Positions 1 to 10,200 of a stretch of DNA of 64,000 nt are shown piece after piece; position 1 is the first letter of the stretch, and every line of letters begins with the position of its first letter. The stretch spans positions 11,945 to 75,944 of the forward strand of contig JAJRSW010000002.1 of assembly GCA_024278595.1 (NCBI GenBank), in the 5' to 3' direction. Origin of the DNA: Fidelibacterota bacterium. GTDB taxonomy: Bacteria > Fidelibacterota > UBA8477 > JABMPR01. The translations under genes and the position numbers were made by a program. The notes under the pieces were generated by a model. That model searched no databases. It was not told the DNA's origin and was given only the letters and a program-made list of their open reading frames with translations.

Positions 1-2232
1 TTGATGCTGCAGCAGGACCGGCCCGTTTTGTTGATCATTGACGAAAAATTGGGGAATGTGGCCGATATTTTGACTGGTCTTCAAGCAGCTAAGCGACCCG
101 CATCGGTGATCGTGCTTTGTGACGATGAAACTTCTACGCACTGGGAAAGTCAGATTCCAAAGAATATCACGGAATATTTCGTTAAGCCGATCCAGCTCCA
201 AAAATTAAATCGTTATGTACAATTATTGTTGACAGAAAGTGAGTCCGCCCATGCCATGGTGGAACTAGCTGCCACACAACATAAATTGGGCAAGTGTGAA
301 CAAACCTTAATGCGAACTCAACAGGTTGGCCGCCTGGGGAGTTATGTTTTTGATATAGAAACTGGTAAGTGGACCTGCTCTAGTGTCATGCGCGAGATCT
401 TTGGGATTCCACTGGACTATCAAAATGATCTTGAGAACTGGCAGGAACTGATCTATGAATCGGATCGCGAAGCCATGCTCCAGTATTTTCTTGAACAGGT
501 TCTCGAGCAGCAGCAACCCTTCGATAAAATTTATCGTATCCAACGATTGAATGATGGCGAAGTCCGCTGGGTTCACGGGCTGGGCTCATTGGAGCTGGAT
601 GGAGCTGGCAAGCCGATTAGGGTGTTTGGAACGATCCAGGATATCACTCAACGCTATTTGGCAGAAGCGGAATTAAGGAAGTTGTTATTCGCTTTAGAGC
701 AATCACCGGCCTCGATCATTATCACCAGCATTCAAGGGGATATCGAATATGTTAATGCTAAATTCGTGGAAATTACTGGTTATTCCCTGACTGAAGTTTT
801 GGGTCAGAATCCGCGAATATTAAGTAGTGGTGAAAAATCTCCAGCAGATTATGCCGAACTCTGGGAAACCGTACTGTCAGGTGGGGTCTGGGAGGGTGAA
901 TTTCACAATAAGCGTAAGGATGGTGAATTATATTGGGAATGGGCAGTCATATCACCCATTCGGGATCAAACTGGTAAGATCACCCAATTGCTGGCTGTTA
1001 AGGAAGATATCACTCAAAGAAAGATCGATGCTGAAAAACAACACTCATTGCAGAGCCAGTTAAATCGTGCTCAACGCATGGAAGCTATTGGTACTCTGGC
1101 TGGCGGCATCGCCCATGATTTCAATAACATCCTTCAATCAATGTATCTCTATCTGGGTATGGCTCAGGATGCCCTCCCGGAAGGGGAGATCAAGGATGAT
1201 ATTGCCCAGGTATCAGAAGCGGCTCTGAGAGCCAGGAACCTGGTGACCCAGATCCTCACCTATAGCAGACAGGGCGAGATGGAAAGAAGCAAGGTCTTGA
1301 TTCAGTTTGTGATCAAGGAAGCCCTCAAGTTCTTAAAATCATCCTTGCCGAAATCAGTTAAGTTGCAGTCATATATCAACCAGGATTGTCCGCCAGTTTA
1401 TTGTGATCCAACCCAAATTCATCAGATCTTCATGAATATCTGCACCAATGCCTACGATGCATTGCCGGATCAGACCGGGACCATCAGGGTTGTCCTGGAC
1501 AGCATTGAGCTGGGAGCGGAGCAAGATCCGGGGCTTACCTTAAAGCATGGAAAGTATCTGGAATTAATAATCTCAGATGATGGTGCCGGAATGCCTCCGG
1601 GAGTCAAACATCAGATCTTCAATCCATTTTTCTCAACGAAGGAGCCCGGAATGGGCAGTGGCTTAGGCTTATCCGTTGCCGTGGGGATCCTGGAGGAGTT
1701 GGATGGTCAGATCCTGGTTGAAAGTGAAGAGGGGCGTGGTACAGAATTTAAAATTCTTCTGCCAGTCGCTGCAGAACAGGCTGTGGCTACCACTGACCTG
1801 ACCCTTGAAGCATCCGAGTTGGAGCAGCTGAGTATTCTGGTGATCGATGATGATGATGCCATCCGTCAAGGCATTCATCGTACCCTGGAAAAATTCGGCT
1901 GTCATGTTGTGAGTTGCCAGCGACCGGATGATTTGCTGGACTTACTGGATGAACATCAACCACCTTTCTCCACCATTTTAGCAGAACAGGATCTACCGGG
2001 GATGTCAGGCCTTAAACTGGCTTACCTGGTGAAGCAAAAGCATCCCAAAGTGGCTTTCATCCTAATGACCGGAGCTGAACGGTCACAGCATTCCAGTGGA
2101 CCCGAGAGCGATTTCGTGGACGCAGTACTGGCCAAACCATGGCAAACCGTTGACCTGTTATCCACCATAGTTTCTGCCATTCAAAGTATGGCAGAAGAGC
2201 CTTCACTAAAGCAAAATGAGAATGAAGACTAA
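1..2232 (+). CDS. Hybrid sensor histidine kinase (N-terminal receiver-like region, 2 PAS domains, HisKA, HATPase_c, C-terminal receiver). The ORF is open to the window edge, so the true start may lie upstream.
   Basis: PAS-like segments (LEQSPASIIITSIQGDIEYVNAKF...). H-box GGIAHDFNNILQ. G-boxes DDGAGMPPGV and GSGLGLSV. C-terminal receiver ILVIDDDD...LAKPW. Confidence 0.9.
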   Translation: MMLQQDRPVLLIIDEKLGNVADILTGLQAAKRPASVIVLCDDETSTHWESQIPKNITEYFVKPIQLQKLNRYVQLLLTESESAHAMVELAATQHKLGKCEQTLMRTQQVGRLGSYVFDIETGKWTCSSVMREIFGIPLDYQNDLENWQELIYESDREAMLQYFLEQVLEQQQPFDKIYRIQRLNDGEVRWVHGLGSLELDGAGKPIRVFGTIQDITQRYLAEAELRKLLFALEQSPASIIITSIQGDIEYVNAKFVEITGYSLTEVLGQNPRILSSGEKSPADYAELWETVLSGGVWEGEFHNKRKDGELYWEWAVISPIRDQTGKITQLLAVKEDITQRKIDAEKQHSLQSQLNRAQRMEAIGTLAGGIAHDFNNILQSMYLYLGMAQDALPEGEIKDDIAQVSEAALRARNLVTQILTYSRQGEMERSKVLIQFVIKEALKFLKSSLPKSVKLQSYINQDCPPVYCDPTQIHQIFMNICTNAYDALPDQTGTIRVVLDSIELGAEQDPGLTLKHGKYLELIISDDGAGMPPGVKHQIFNPFFSTKEPGMGSGLGLSVAVGILEELDGQILVESEEGRGTEFKILLPVAAEQAVATTDLTLEASELEQLSILVIDDDDAIRQGIHRTLEKFGCHVVSCQRPDDLLDLLDEHQPPFSTILAEQDLPGMSGLKLAYLVKQKHPKVAFILMTGAERSQHSSGPESDFVDAVLAKPWQTVDLLSTIVSAIQSMAEEPSLKQNENED

Positions 2233-3576
2233 ATGGATACTTATAGAATACTCGTAATCGATGATGATCTACAAGTCAGGGGGGCTCTGCAAACCCTGCT
2301 GGAGCGTAATAAGTATGTTGTATCAGTTGCTGCCACTGGTAAGGAAGGACTCAAACAGGTTCAAAGATCTGCTCCAGATATGGTGCTGTCTGACATCATG
2401 ATGCCTGAAATGGATGGGATCGAGATGCTTCAGAAACTCAAGGAACTTGACCCCGATCTGCCTGTGATCCTAATGACCGGCTATTCGTCCATCGAGGGCG
2501 CCATACGAGCGATCAGGTACGGTGCTGATGAATACCTGACCAAACCTCTGGATCAGGTGGAAGTACTGCATATCATCGAAAAGACCCGGCAACAACAGCG
2601 CTTGACCCAACAGAATAAAATGATGCGGCAGCTTCTGGCTCAAAGGCCACAGAAAGAACTTATCGGGGAATCACAATCCATCAAACAGGTGAAACAGGCC
2701 ATCGCAAAATCAGCAAGATCCAATATTTCCGTACTGGTCCTGGGTGAGAGCGGAACAGGAAAGGAACTTATCTCTGAGGCAATTCACGCTCAAAGTGATC
2801 GTGCAGAAGAAGCTTTTGTAGCCATAAACTGTGCGGCAATTCCTAATGATTTGCTTGAGAGCGAGCTCTTTGGACATGAAAAAGGAGCTTTTTCCGGAGC
2901 CACTGCCAGAAAATATGGCCTGTTTGAAATGGCCAATCAGGGCACCCTCTTTCTGGATGAGATCGGGGAAATGTCCCTGCCGCTCCAGGCCAAAATATTG
3001 CGATCCCTGGAAACGCAAAAGATTCGCAGAATTGGTTCGACCAAAGAGATAGCAACCAATTTTCGACTGATCTGTTCCACCAATATTGATCTTGAGCAGG
3101 CAATGGAGACCGGGAAATTTCGAGCGGATCTTTTTTACCGGGTCAGCCCCTTTATAATCAGTGTCGCACCACTCAGGGACCGTAGCAAGGATCTACCACA
3201 CTTGATAAAATATTTCCTGGCTAGTGCCGGTTTTCCTGATATGGCTTGGGAAGATGAGTTTCTGGCACCGCTCACACACTACCATTGGCCGGGAAACATC
3301 AGAGAACTGAAGAATGTGGTGGATCGGGCGATCTTGTTAGGTGACGGTCAGATCCTTCGTGGTGCAGACCTGGGACCACAATTATTGTCCAATGCGTCCA
3401 CCAGGGAAGCAACCCCGACAGCAAAGACTGCCACCTTGGCCGAGGTGGAACGTCAACATATCGCCAGGACCGTTCGGGCGTTCAATAATAATAAAACCAG
3501 GGCAGCCAAAGCGTTGGGGATCAGTCTCAAAACCCTGTATAACAAGTTGCATGCCTATGCTCAAGGACGGTCATAA
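2233..3576 (+). CDS. Sigma-54-dependent response regulator (NtrC family: receiver + AAA+ + Fis-type HTH)
   Basis: Receiver ILVIDDD..SDIMMPEMDG. Walker A GESGTGKE. GAFTGA-type motif ELFGHEKGAFSGA. C-terminal HTH TRAAKALGISLKTLYNKL. The ATG directly abuts the kinase stop codon. Confidence 0.93.
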   Translation: MDTYRILVIDDDLQVRGALQTLLERNKYVVSVAATGKEGLKQVQRSAPDMVLSDIMMPEMDGIEMLQKLKELDPDLPVILMTGYSSIEGAIRAIRYGADEYLTKPLDQVEVLHIIEKTRQQQRLTQQNKMMRQLLAQRPQKELIGESQSIKQVKQAIAKSARSNISVLVLGESGTGKELISEAIHAQSDRAEEAFVAINCAAIPNDLLESELFGHEKGAFSGATARKYGLFEMANQGTLFLDEIGEMSLPLQAKILRSLETQKIRRIGSTKEIATNFRLICSTNIDLEQAMETGKFRADLFYRVSPFIISVAPLRDRSKDLPHLIKYFLASAGFPDMAWEDEFLAPLTHYHWPGNIRELKNVVDRAILLGDGQILRGADLGPQLLSNASTREATPTAKTATLAEVERQHIARTVRAFNNNKTRAAKALGISLKTLYNKLHAYAQGRS

Positions 3577-3705
3577 ATCTACCGTTCAGGTCGGTAAGCG
3601 CTACATTTCTTACCTGGTAATTCTTACCGAGCAGGTATTTATAGTTAATATAATAATTATAGTAAGATCAATATAAATAGTAGTTAAGATTTAAAGTAAG
3701 AGTAG

Positions 3706-3721
3706 TGGCATGTTTCTTGGA
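3706..3721 (+). promoter_or_regulatory. Candidate sigma-54 (-24/-12) promoter-like element TGGCATGTTTCTTGGA
   Basis: Matches TGGCAY-N5-TTGCW except for G instead of C at the -12 GC dinucleotide. It lies just upstream of the ATG at 3735 and just downstream of a sigma-54 activator gene. Confidence 0.25.
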
Positions 3722-3734
3722 GTGTAAGCGGGTC

Positions 3735-4163
3735 ATGATTGAAAAAACAAACCCCCCAAAAGTAAACAGCAGCTCATCTCTCACCGACAAAGTGATCCTG
3801 ATCATCGAAGATGATAGTGGAATCAGAAATGCAATAAACACCCTGCTTTCACGCAAAGGGTATACGGTGGTTGAAGCCAGTCACGGGCGGGAAGGATTGG
3901 GAATCCTTCAAAATTTTGGCGTAGATCTGGTTATTACAGACATATTTATGCCGAATATGGATGGTTTAGAGGTCATTCGGTCCATTCGGAAAACCGACAA
4001 GGACGTAAAATTGATTGCCATTTCAGGTGGGGGTCAGATGCATCTGACCGAGTGTTTAAGATGGGCAAAAGCATTTGGGGCCGATAAAACCCTTACCAAG
4101 CCCATCGAACACACCGAATTATTGAGGAGTGTCAGCGAGTTGACCCAGACTGAGCCCGTGTGA
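3735..4163 (+). CDS. Single-domain CheY-like response regulator receiver
   Basis: ILIIEDDSG...ITDIFMPNMDGLE...LIAISGG...LTKP receiver signature. ATG at 3735 is preferred over the GTG at 3705 given in the ORF track. Confidence 0.85.
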   Translation: MIEKTNPPKVNSSSSLTDKVILIIEDDSGIRNAINTLLSRKGYTVVEASHGREGLGILQNFGVDLVITDIFMPNMDGLEVIRSIRKTDKDVKLIAISGGGQMHLTECLRWAKAFGADKTLTKPIEHTELLRSVSELTQTEPV

Positions 4164-4232
4164 GGTTTGGTAGAATTTCCTCAGCGCATTTGGAAATGCA
4201 ATTGGTATAACACGTCAAAGCTACTCCTGGCA

Positions 4233-4257
4233 GGCTTTTCGACTTTCGACTTTCAGG
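4233..4257. repeat. Short heptanucleotide tandem repeat (GGCTTTT CGACTTT CGACTTT) flanked by direct CAGGCT copies
   Basis: Read directly in the convergent intergenic region between the CheY-like gene and the aldehyde dehydrogenase gene. Same GACTTTN unit as at 13386 and 20751. Confidence 0.7.
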
Positions 4258-4265
4258 CTAAGCTA

Positions 4266-5624
4266 TTAGGCGATCCAGATCGATTTGATATTCACAAACT
4301 CACGAATACCAAAATAGGATAATTCGCGACCATATCCTGATCGTTTGATACCCCCAAAGGGTAGGCGGGGATCCGAGATGGTCATCCCATTAACGAACAC
4401 GGCACCACTCTCAATGCGTCTGGCAAGTGACTCTCCTAATTCGACATTCTGAGTCCAGATTGAACCGCCTAGACCAAAATCCGAATCATTTGCCACCCTG
4501 ACCGCCGCTTCAGTATCCCTGACTGGAATAATGGCTGCTACGGGACCAAAAGTTTCCTCATGGTAGAGACTCATGCCAGGTTGTACATCAGCTACCACAG
4601 TGGATTCATAATAAGCGCCGGGTCCTTGCATGGGATTTCCCCCAACAACCAATCTACCACCAGCCGCCAGAGTGGACCTGACCTGGGTGTGGAGCTCATC
4701 TCTCAGATCCAGACGGGCCATGGGTCCGACCTGAGTTTCCTCAAGCAGGGGATCACCAATTATCATATTGGACATGATGCGGGCTAGTTTCTCTACAAAT
4801 TCGGCGGCTCTGGATTCAACCACGATAAAGCGTTTGGCTGCGATACAGCTCTGACCGGTATTGATCATGCGGGCTTCTGCTGCTGTTTCAACACAAATAT
4901 CGATATTTGCATCATCCAAAACGATATATGGATCCGATCCGCCCAACTCCAGGACGGTTTTTTTTAGTTCACGTCCGGCTAGGGATGCCACCTGCATTCC
5001 GGCTGCTTCACTACCAGTCAACGTGACCGCTCGTACATGTTGGTTGGCGATTACTGGTTCCACCGCTTGGGCGGGGATCATCAAGGTTCGAAAGAGGTGA
5101 TCAGGGAAACCAGCTTTGCGAAATACGTCCTCAATGGCCAGCGCGCATCCCGGAACATTGGAAGCATGTTTTAACACCCCGGCATTACCCGCCATCAGAG
5201 CCGGAGCGGCGAAACGAAAGACCTGCCAGAATGGGAAATTCCAAGGCATGACCGCCAGGACAATTCCCATGGGCTCATAAGTGATAAAACTTTTTGAGGC
5301 ATTGGTCTCAACCAACTCATCTGCCAGGAATGCTTGCGCATTATCGGCGTAGAAGTCACAGACCCAGGCACATTTTTCGATCTCTGCCCAGGCACCGCTG
5401 ATGACCTTACCCATCTCATTGGTCATGAGCAGAGCATACTCCGCTTTATTTTCGCGCAGAATACGAGCCGCCTGGTGCATCAGTTTACTGCGCTGGGCAA
5501 ATCCAGTATTTTTCCAGCTCAACCAGGTTTCATGGGTCTGGTCTATGATCGAAATAACCTCTTCGGCAGAATGATCAGGATGTTCCTTTAAATATTCGCC
5601 GGTAGCAGGATTGATTCCACGCAT
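4266..5624 (-). CDS. NAD(P)+-dependent aldehyde dehydrogenase, succinate-semialdehyde dehydrogenase-like
   Basis: 452 aa. N-terminal INPATGE, ELGGSDP glutamate motif, catalytic Cys context GQSCIAAKR, C-terminal GIKRSGYGRE. Confidence 0.85.
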   Translation of the reverse strand: MRGINPATGEYLKEHPDHSAEEVISIIDQTHETWLSWKNTGFAQRSKLMHQAARILRENKAEYALLMTNEMGKVISGAWAEIEKCAWVCDFYADNAQAFLADELVETNASKSFITYEPMGIVLAVMPWNFPFWQVFRFAAPALMAGNAGVLKHASNVPGCALAIEDVFRKAGFPDHLFRTLMIPAQAVEPVIANQHVRAVTLTGSEAAGMQVASLAGRELKKTVLELGGSDPYIVLDDANIDICVETAAEARMINTGQSCIAAKRFIVVESRAAEFVEKLARIMSNMIIGDPLLEETQVGPMARLDLRDELHTQVRSTLAAGGRLVVGGNPMQGPGAYYESTVVADVQPGMSLYHEETFGPVAAIIPVRDTEAAVRVANDSDFGLGGSIWTQNVELGESLARRIESGAVFVNGMTISDPRLPFGGIKRSGYGRELSYFGIREFVNIKSIWIA

Positions 5625-5993
5625 TGCTATTCCCCTTTAATGTTTCCAATAATTTTTCCGGATCAATATACATCAGGGATGCAGGGAGGAATAAAAAGAA
5701 TGTTCGACAGTTGCAAAAAAGCCGCTCAATTAAAGACAGTAATTGATATTAGCCATTATATGTTATATCGTTATTGACTCGAATTCAAAAGCGAACAGAT
5801 CTAACTCGCACGAAGTTTCATTGCTCTGCAATTTTTAGCCTCAACCGAAACAACGAGGAGTTAGGTATGAAAGCTTTAAACAACCTGGTGACGGTAAGTC
5901 TGATCATAATTGATGGCCTGACTGGTTCGCCCCAAGTTATGCCATATTCACTTCCAAATTAGCCATAACTCCGGCATCTTTTCCACTTTCACG

Positions 5994-6052
5994 TCATCCC
6001 GACAAAGTTCGGCATTCTATGTTTCTGTGGGGGAATTGAATCTTGTCGGGAT
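5994..6052. repeat. REP-like dispersed palindromic element, copy A (TCATCCCGACAAA ... TTGTCGGGAT)
   Basis: 10-bp perfect inverted arms ATCCCGACAA (5996-6005) and TTGTCGGGAT (6043-6052). The 13-nt core is identical to copy B at 49715. Confidence 0.65.
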
Positions 6053-6180
6053 TTGTGAACCAGAAAAATATTTTGGATTTAAGGTCTACTTTAGAACCGA
6101 ATATGGTATTACTGGCAGAATACAATGCTGATAGGCAATTATTATATCGGGGAGGTTGCGGAAAGGGGGGAGTGGGAATA

Positions 6181-6216
6181 AAAAAAAACGCCGGTGCTCC
6201 AAAAGAGACCGGCGTT
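6181..6216 (-). terminator. Rho-independent terminator of the cold-shock gene
   Basis: On the minus strand: AACGCCGGT-loop-ACCGGCGTT followed by T8. Confidence 0.85.
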
Positions 6217-6239
6217 TAACTAAATTCTAAGTACTAGAA

Positions 6240-6452
6240 TTAGACGGCAGTAACGTTCTCAGCCTGAGGACCTTTTTCGCCCTGTGTGACATTAAGGGTA
6301 ACGTTCTGTCCCTCTTTTAAAGTTTGGTGTCCGGAACCGTTGATCGCCCGATAATGAACAAACACGTCCGGTCCGTCTTCCTGTTGGATAAATCCGTAGC
6401 CTTTAGCATCATTAAACCATTTGACTACACCGTTGACTAATTCTTCAGCCAT
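6240..6452 (-). CDS. Cold-shock protein (CspA family, CSD)
   Basis: [15 protein letters not shown] (RNP1) and VFVHY (RNP2). 70 aa when started at MAEEL. Confidence 0.95.
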   Translation of the reverse strand: MAEELVNGVVKWFNDAKGYGFIQQEDGPDVFVHYRAINGSGHQTLKEGQNVTLNVTQGEKGPQAENVTAV

Positions 6453-7054
6453 TTGTACCTCTTTCTTAAACATGCCACCTCAGGCGGCTTTCTACTTGTC
6501 AGGCTCTTCTACGTATCTTAAGCAGAAAGCATTACTGTCCAAAGCGGACTCTCCTGACATTTGCCTAGAATATGGACAACGAAAATTAAAAACAAACAAC
6601 CATTTACAACTATTATTATTATTTGTCAGGTGCATCCCCGTGTTAAAATTCGCTGTTTTGGCGCGTTTGTCTGGCAAATGATCACAAAATATCCTGGATT
6701 CCTTGATCTGGAATTGACTGATAACTCCCTGTGCCCAGGAAGGAAATATTCTAAAAAGGACTGAATTAGCTGTACAATTATCAGCAGGAGACATAAATGG
6801 TTCGGCCATTGAGCTGCCTGCTTGTCAGTTGGAGAGCAGGGACCAGTGACAAAACCGTATTCGAGATTTGTTCACATTCGTTCCCGACAGCTCTCGAAGG
6901 GCCTTGAGGGCAATACGCATACTGATGTAATCAGGCATCTAGTATCCACCGGGATAATAATTATCGAATTGTAGACAAATGACGAGTATCTAATAAGGAA
7001 ATAATGATTATGATATATCCACAATAATGTTTTATAGCTAGTCGATCGAACTAA

Positions 7055-7228
7055 CCTGAATAATTCATAGCCACTAAGTCACGAAGGCACAAAGTTCTAA
7101 AATATATATGCTTATCAAAATTTATCACTCACAGATGCAAATAATTCTGTTTAAAATGACCTTGTTCATAACCTTAATAATCTTCGTGGCTTAGTGTTTT
7201 CGTGGCAACAATTCATGAATAATGCAGG
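7055..7228. repeat. Imperfect ~33-nt inverted repeats flanking a ~95-bp AT-rich core (MITE-like element or large regulatory stem)
   Basis: Left arm CCTGAATAATTCATAGCCACTAAGTCACGAAGG. The reverse complement of the right arm is CCTGCATTATTCAT..CACTAAGCCACGAAGA, with a 15-nt insertion. Confidence 0.4.
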
Positions 7229-7267
7229 CTAAATAAATTCAAGAAAATATAGTATGAAGGGGTTCTC

Positions 7268-10200
7268 ATGACGCGCGTGACATCAAGAGCAGTAAAATTA
7301 AATCGAATAATGAATTATATTCTGATCACCGGACTAATTATTCTATTTGGACTTTCTGAACCACTCCAACTCAGGGGATCAAATCGTGTAGACACGTATG
7401 TAGCGGCAATAGATCAACAAACTGAAAATCCAGATAGCAACCTCACAGCGATCAGTCACTGGGGCATGGGAAAACCTGGGAAAACGGTTCAGCATTATGA
7501 TTATACAATTAGCTCATGCGGCGCAGAGATTCAAATAGTTAGTCGTTGGGATCCTGCTCAGCCTGAATTGGCCCACCGAACGGCTTGTTCCGCTCTGATC
7601 CTGGACTTTTGTTATGAAAACCATGCCATCTTCACAGCAGAAGGTTATGCAGGAGTCTCAGTCTTTGCGGCGAACATCTTTCCCGGTCGCGATGTCGTCG
7701 AAACGCTTGATCTTCCAGGTGAGGTTTTAGCTGTAAGCGCCCTCGATGGTATTTTGGTTGTTGGTGGAAGAGCTATGGACCTGCATGTTTATGATATAAC
7801 CAGTCGCTTCGACCCAGTCTTGATCGGAACGATTTTAATGACTTCAGTCGTAACCAGGCTGGAATTGGTCAGTGATAAGCTCTTGATCCAGCTTGAAGAT
7901 GGCTGGCAGTATTATCAGGTAAGTAACCAAACCCTCCCAGTATTATTACATGAGATAGATTTGGCAGGAGTTGTTCATAGTGAACTAAATATCAGTGAAG
8001 ATCTCCTTTATGTGGGAACTCAGGATTCAACACTGTCTATCTACTCACTAGCTGATTCATTAGACCCCGTTTTTATTAATGAATTCTACCTGAATACCCC
8101 TTTTGTTGAATTCGAAGTATACGAAAACAAGGTCTATCTCGCCACCCCAGAAAGTGGTATCCTGATCTATGAATTGGGTGTTATCGGAGCCAGTCAGTAT
8201 GCTGTAATTCCCTACGAAGGGTCAATTTCCCATGTGATGCTGGATGACAACAATCTGATTATCACGGATCCTGATTATGGCCTTATCTACTACGAGATAA
8301 ATTCGATAAGTGATTGGGTCACCTACAGTAGTTGTCCAATAGCGGAGTTGGGCTTGGACATCCAGCGAGATGGGGATTTTCTCTATATTGGCGATGGGAT
8401 GCAGGGTTTGACCGTTGTTGATATTGAAGATATAAATAATCCACAGATGATTTCAAATATTCCAGTAACGGAATGGGTCCGGTCTATTTGTATACAAGAT
8501 AATATTGCATTTCTCTCTTGCGAATTGGGGGGACTTGCTACTGTTGATATAAGTGATCCCAGTGATCCAGAAGTACTCACCATTATGGACATAGAGGGCG
8601 AGGCATTCGAATTTGTTACTCAGGGGTCTTATGGTTTTTTAGCTGCTGGTGGCGGTGGAATACAGATCATTGAGATCAGTGACCCTGCAAACATGGAAGT
8701 TGTCTACCAGATCGGTAATGGCCTTTCCTTTGCAATTGACATTCATGATTCAATACTGGTTGCTTCTTCAGACCTGGGGGAGCTGGCGATCATAAACGTA
8801 TCAAATCCGCTAGTTCCCCAGATACTCTCAACGATTTACCCCATGGGTGAAGTAAACGACATCGAAATATATCGAAATACAGTATACGTACTCATGGACA
8901 TGGGTTTGCAAATACTTGATATTGAAAGTCCCACCCAACCGCTTGAATTAGGCTTCCTGGAAATGTTTATTGACCCGATGATGGGAAATGCGGATTATCA
9001 AAATGACAAAGTGTATATAGCCAGTCCAACTGAAGAAGGTATTCAAATTGTCGATGTCTCTGATCCAACAAACCCTTTTATAGATGGATTTATTAATTCA
9101 ATGGAGCCAGTTGGGATCCTGGTTGATGGTCCCTACCTTTTCGCCACGAGATGGCAGAGCTTAAACATCTACCACCAGGAACTCTATAGTCAAATAGCAA
9201 TGTTTCCCATGAGTTACCCGATCTCAAATATTCAAGTACACGAGGGGTATGCCTTTCTAGCAGCAGAAGCGGCAGGCTTGATGGTAGTCGATGTCCTGCC
9301 CCCCAATGATCTGGATATCGTTGAAATCGCTCCGGGAGGTCCATCCGAAATAATCTCGATCTCTGAGAACTTGTTAATTTCGCTTGATAACCATAACACA
9401 TTAAGTCTCTACGGTATAGATATACCCCAACTGGTTCTACTAGATACGATTAGTGTAGAACTGGAAACAGGTGTATCAGGCATTGTTTTACAGGGGCAGA
9501 CAATTGGATTGAATTCCATGACTGGCTGGCTGAGTTTGCTGTCTGTAGGCGATGGTTATAATCTGGAAATGATGGCGACAATCCCCATTCAGGGGGAGCA
9601 ATTCTACCCCTTGCTCCATCTGGACAATGATCGAGCTTATGTGGGTGTTATGGATAGTTTGCTGGCTTTCGATATATCAGATCTGTTATCCCCCATAGCG
9701 CTAGAACCCATCGCCACAACGGGTCATCCCATCCTTATGGATGATAATATTTTGGTGTGTACAAATATGGCAGGGGATATATCATTGTACAGTGTGGTAA
9801 GCGGAAATTCAATTGAACCCTTATTCGAAGGATTGAGTTTAGGCTTTGAGCCCATCAGTTCGCACATGGAGGATCACTTGCTATATTTTGTTGGTGATCC
9901 AAGTTTTGATGAAGATGGGCAATCGCCGCTGATCATGATCGATATAAACGATCCGGAAGATCCTCAGATCGCCGGTGGTCTGCTTCGCAGAACGATCTTC
10001 ACCGGGATTGATAGTCATGCGGATCAAGTCTTCGTGTCGACCCTGACCGAAGGATTTCTGATCTATGATAATGAGCGCTACATTCCGGTTTCGATTGATC
10101 CTGCACCTGGATTAATCACTCAGTATACCTTGGATCAAAACTATCCGAATCCATTTAATCCGGTGACGACGATTGGGTTCACACTACCCGAACGGGTCCA

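Noticed and set aside
5774-5962. A 62-aa ORF. The ORFs at 6421-6681, 6492-6809 and 6561-6764 in the long csp-flanking non-coding regions are rejected on the same grounds.
   Set aside because: They are short, overlap each other in different frames, and have no motifs. They lie in the AT-rich putative promoter and 5' UTR region of the cold-shock gene.
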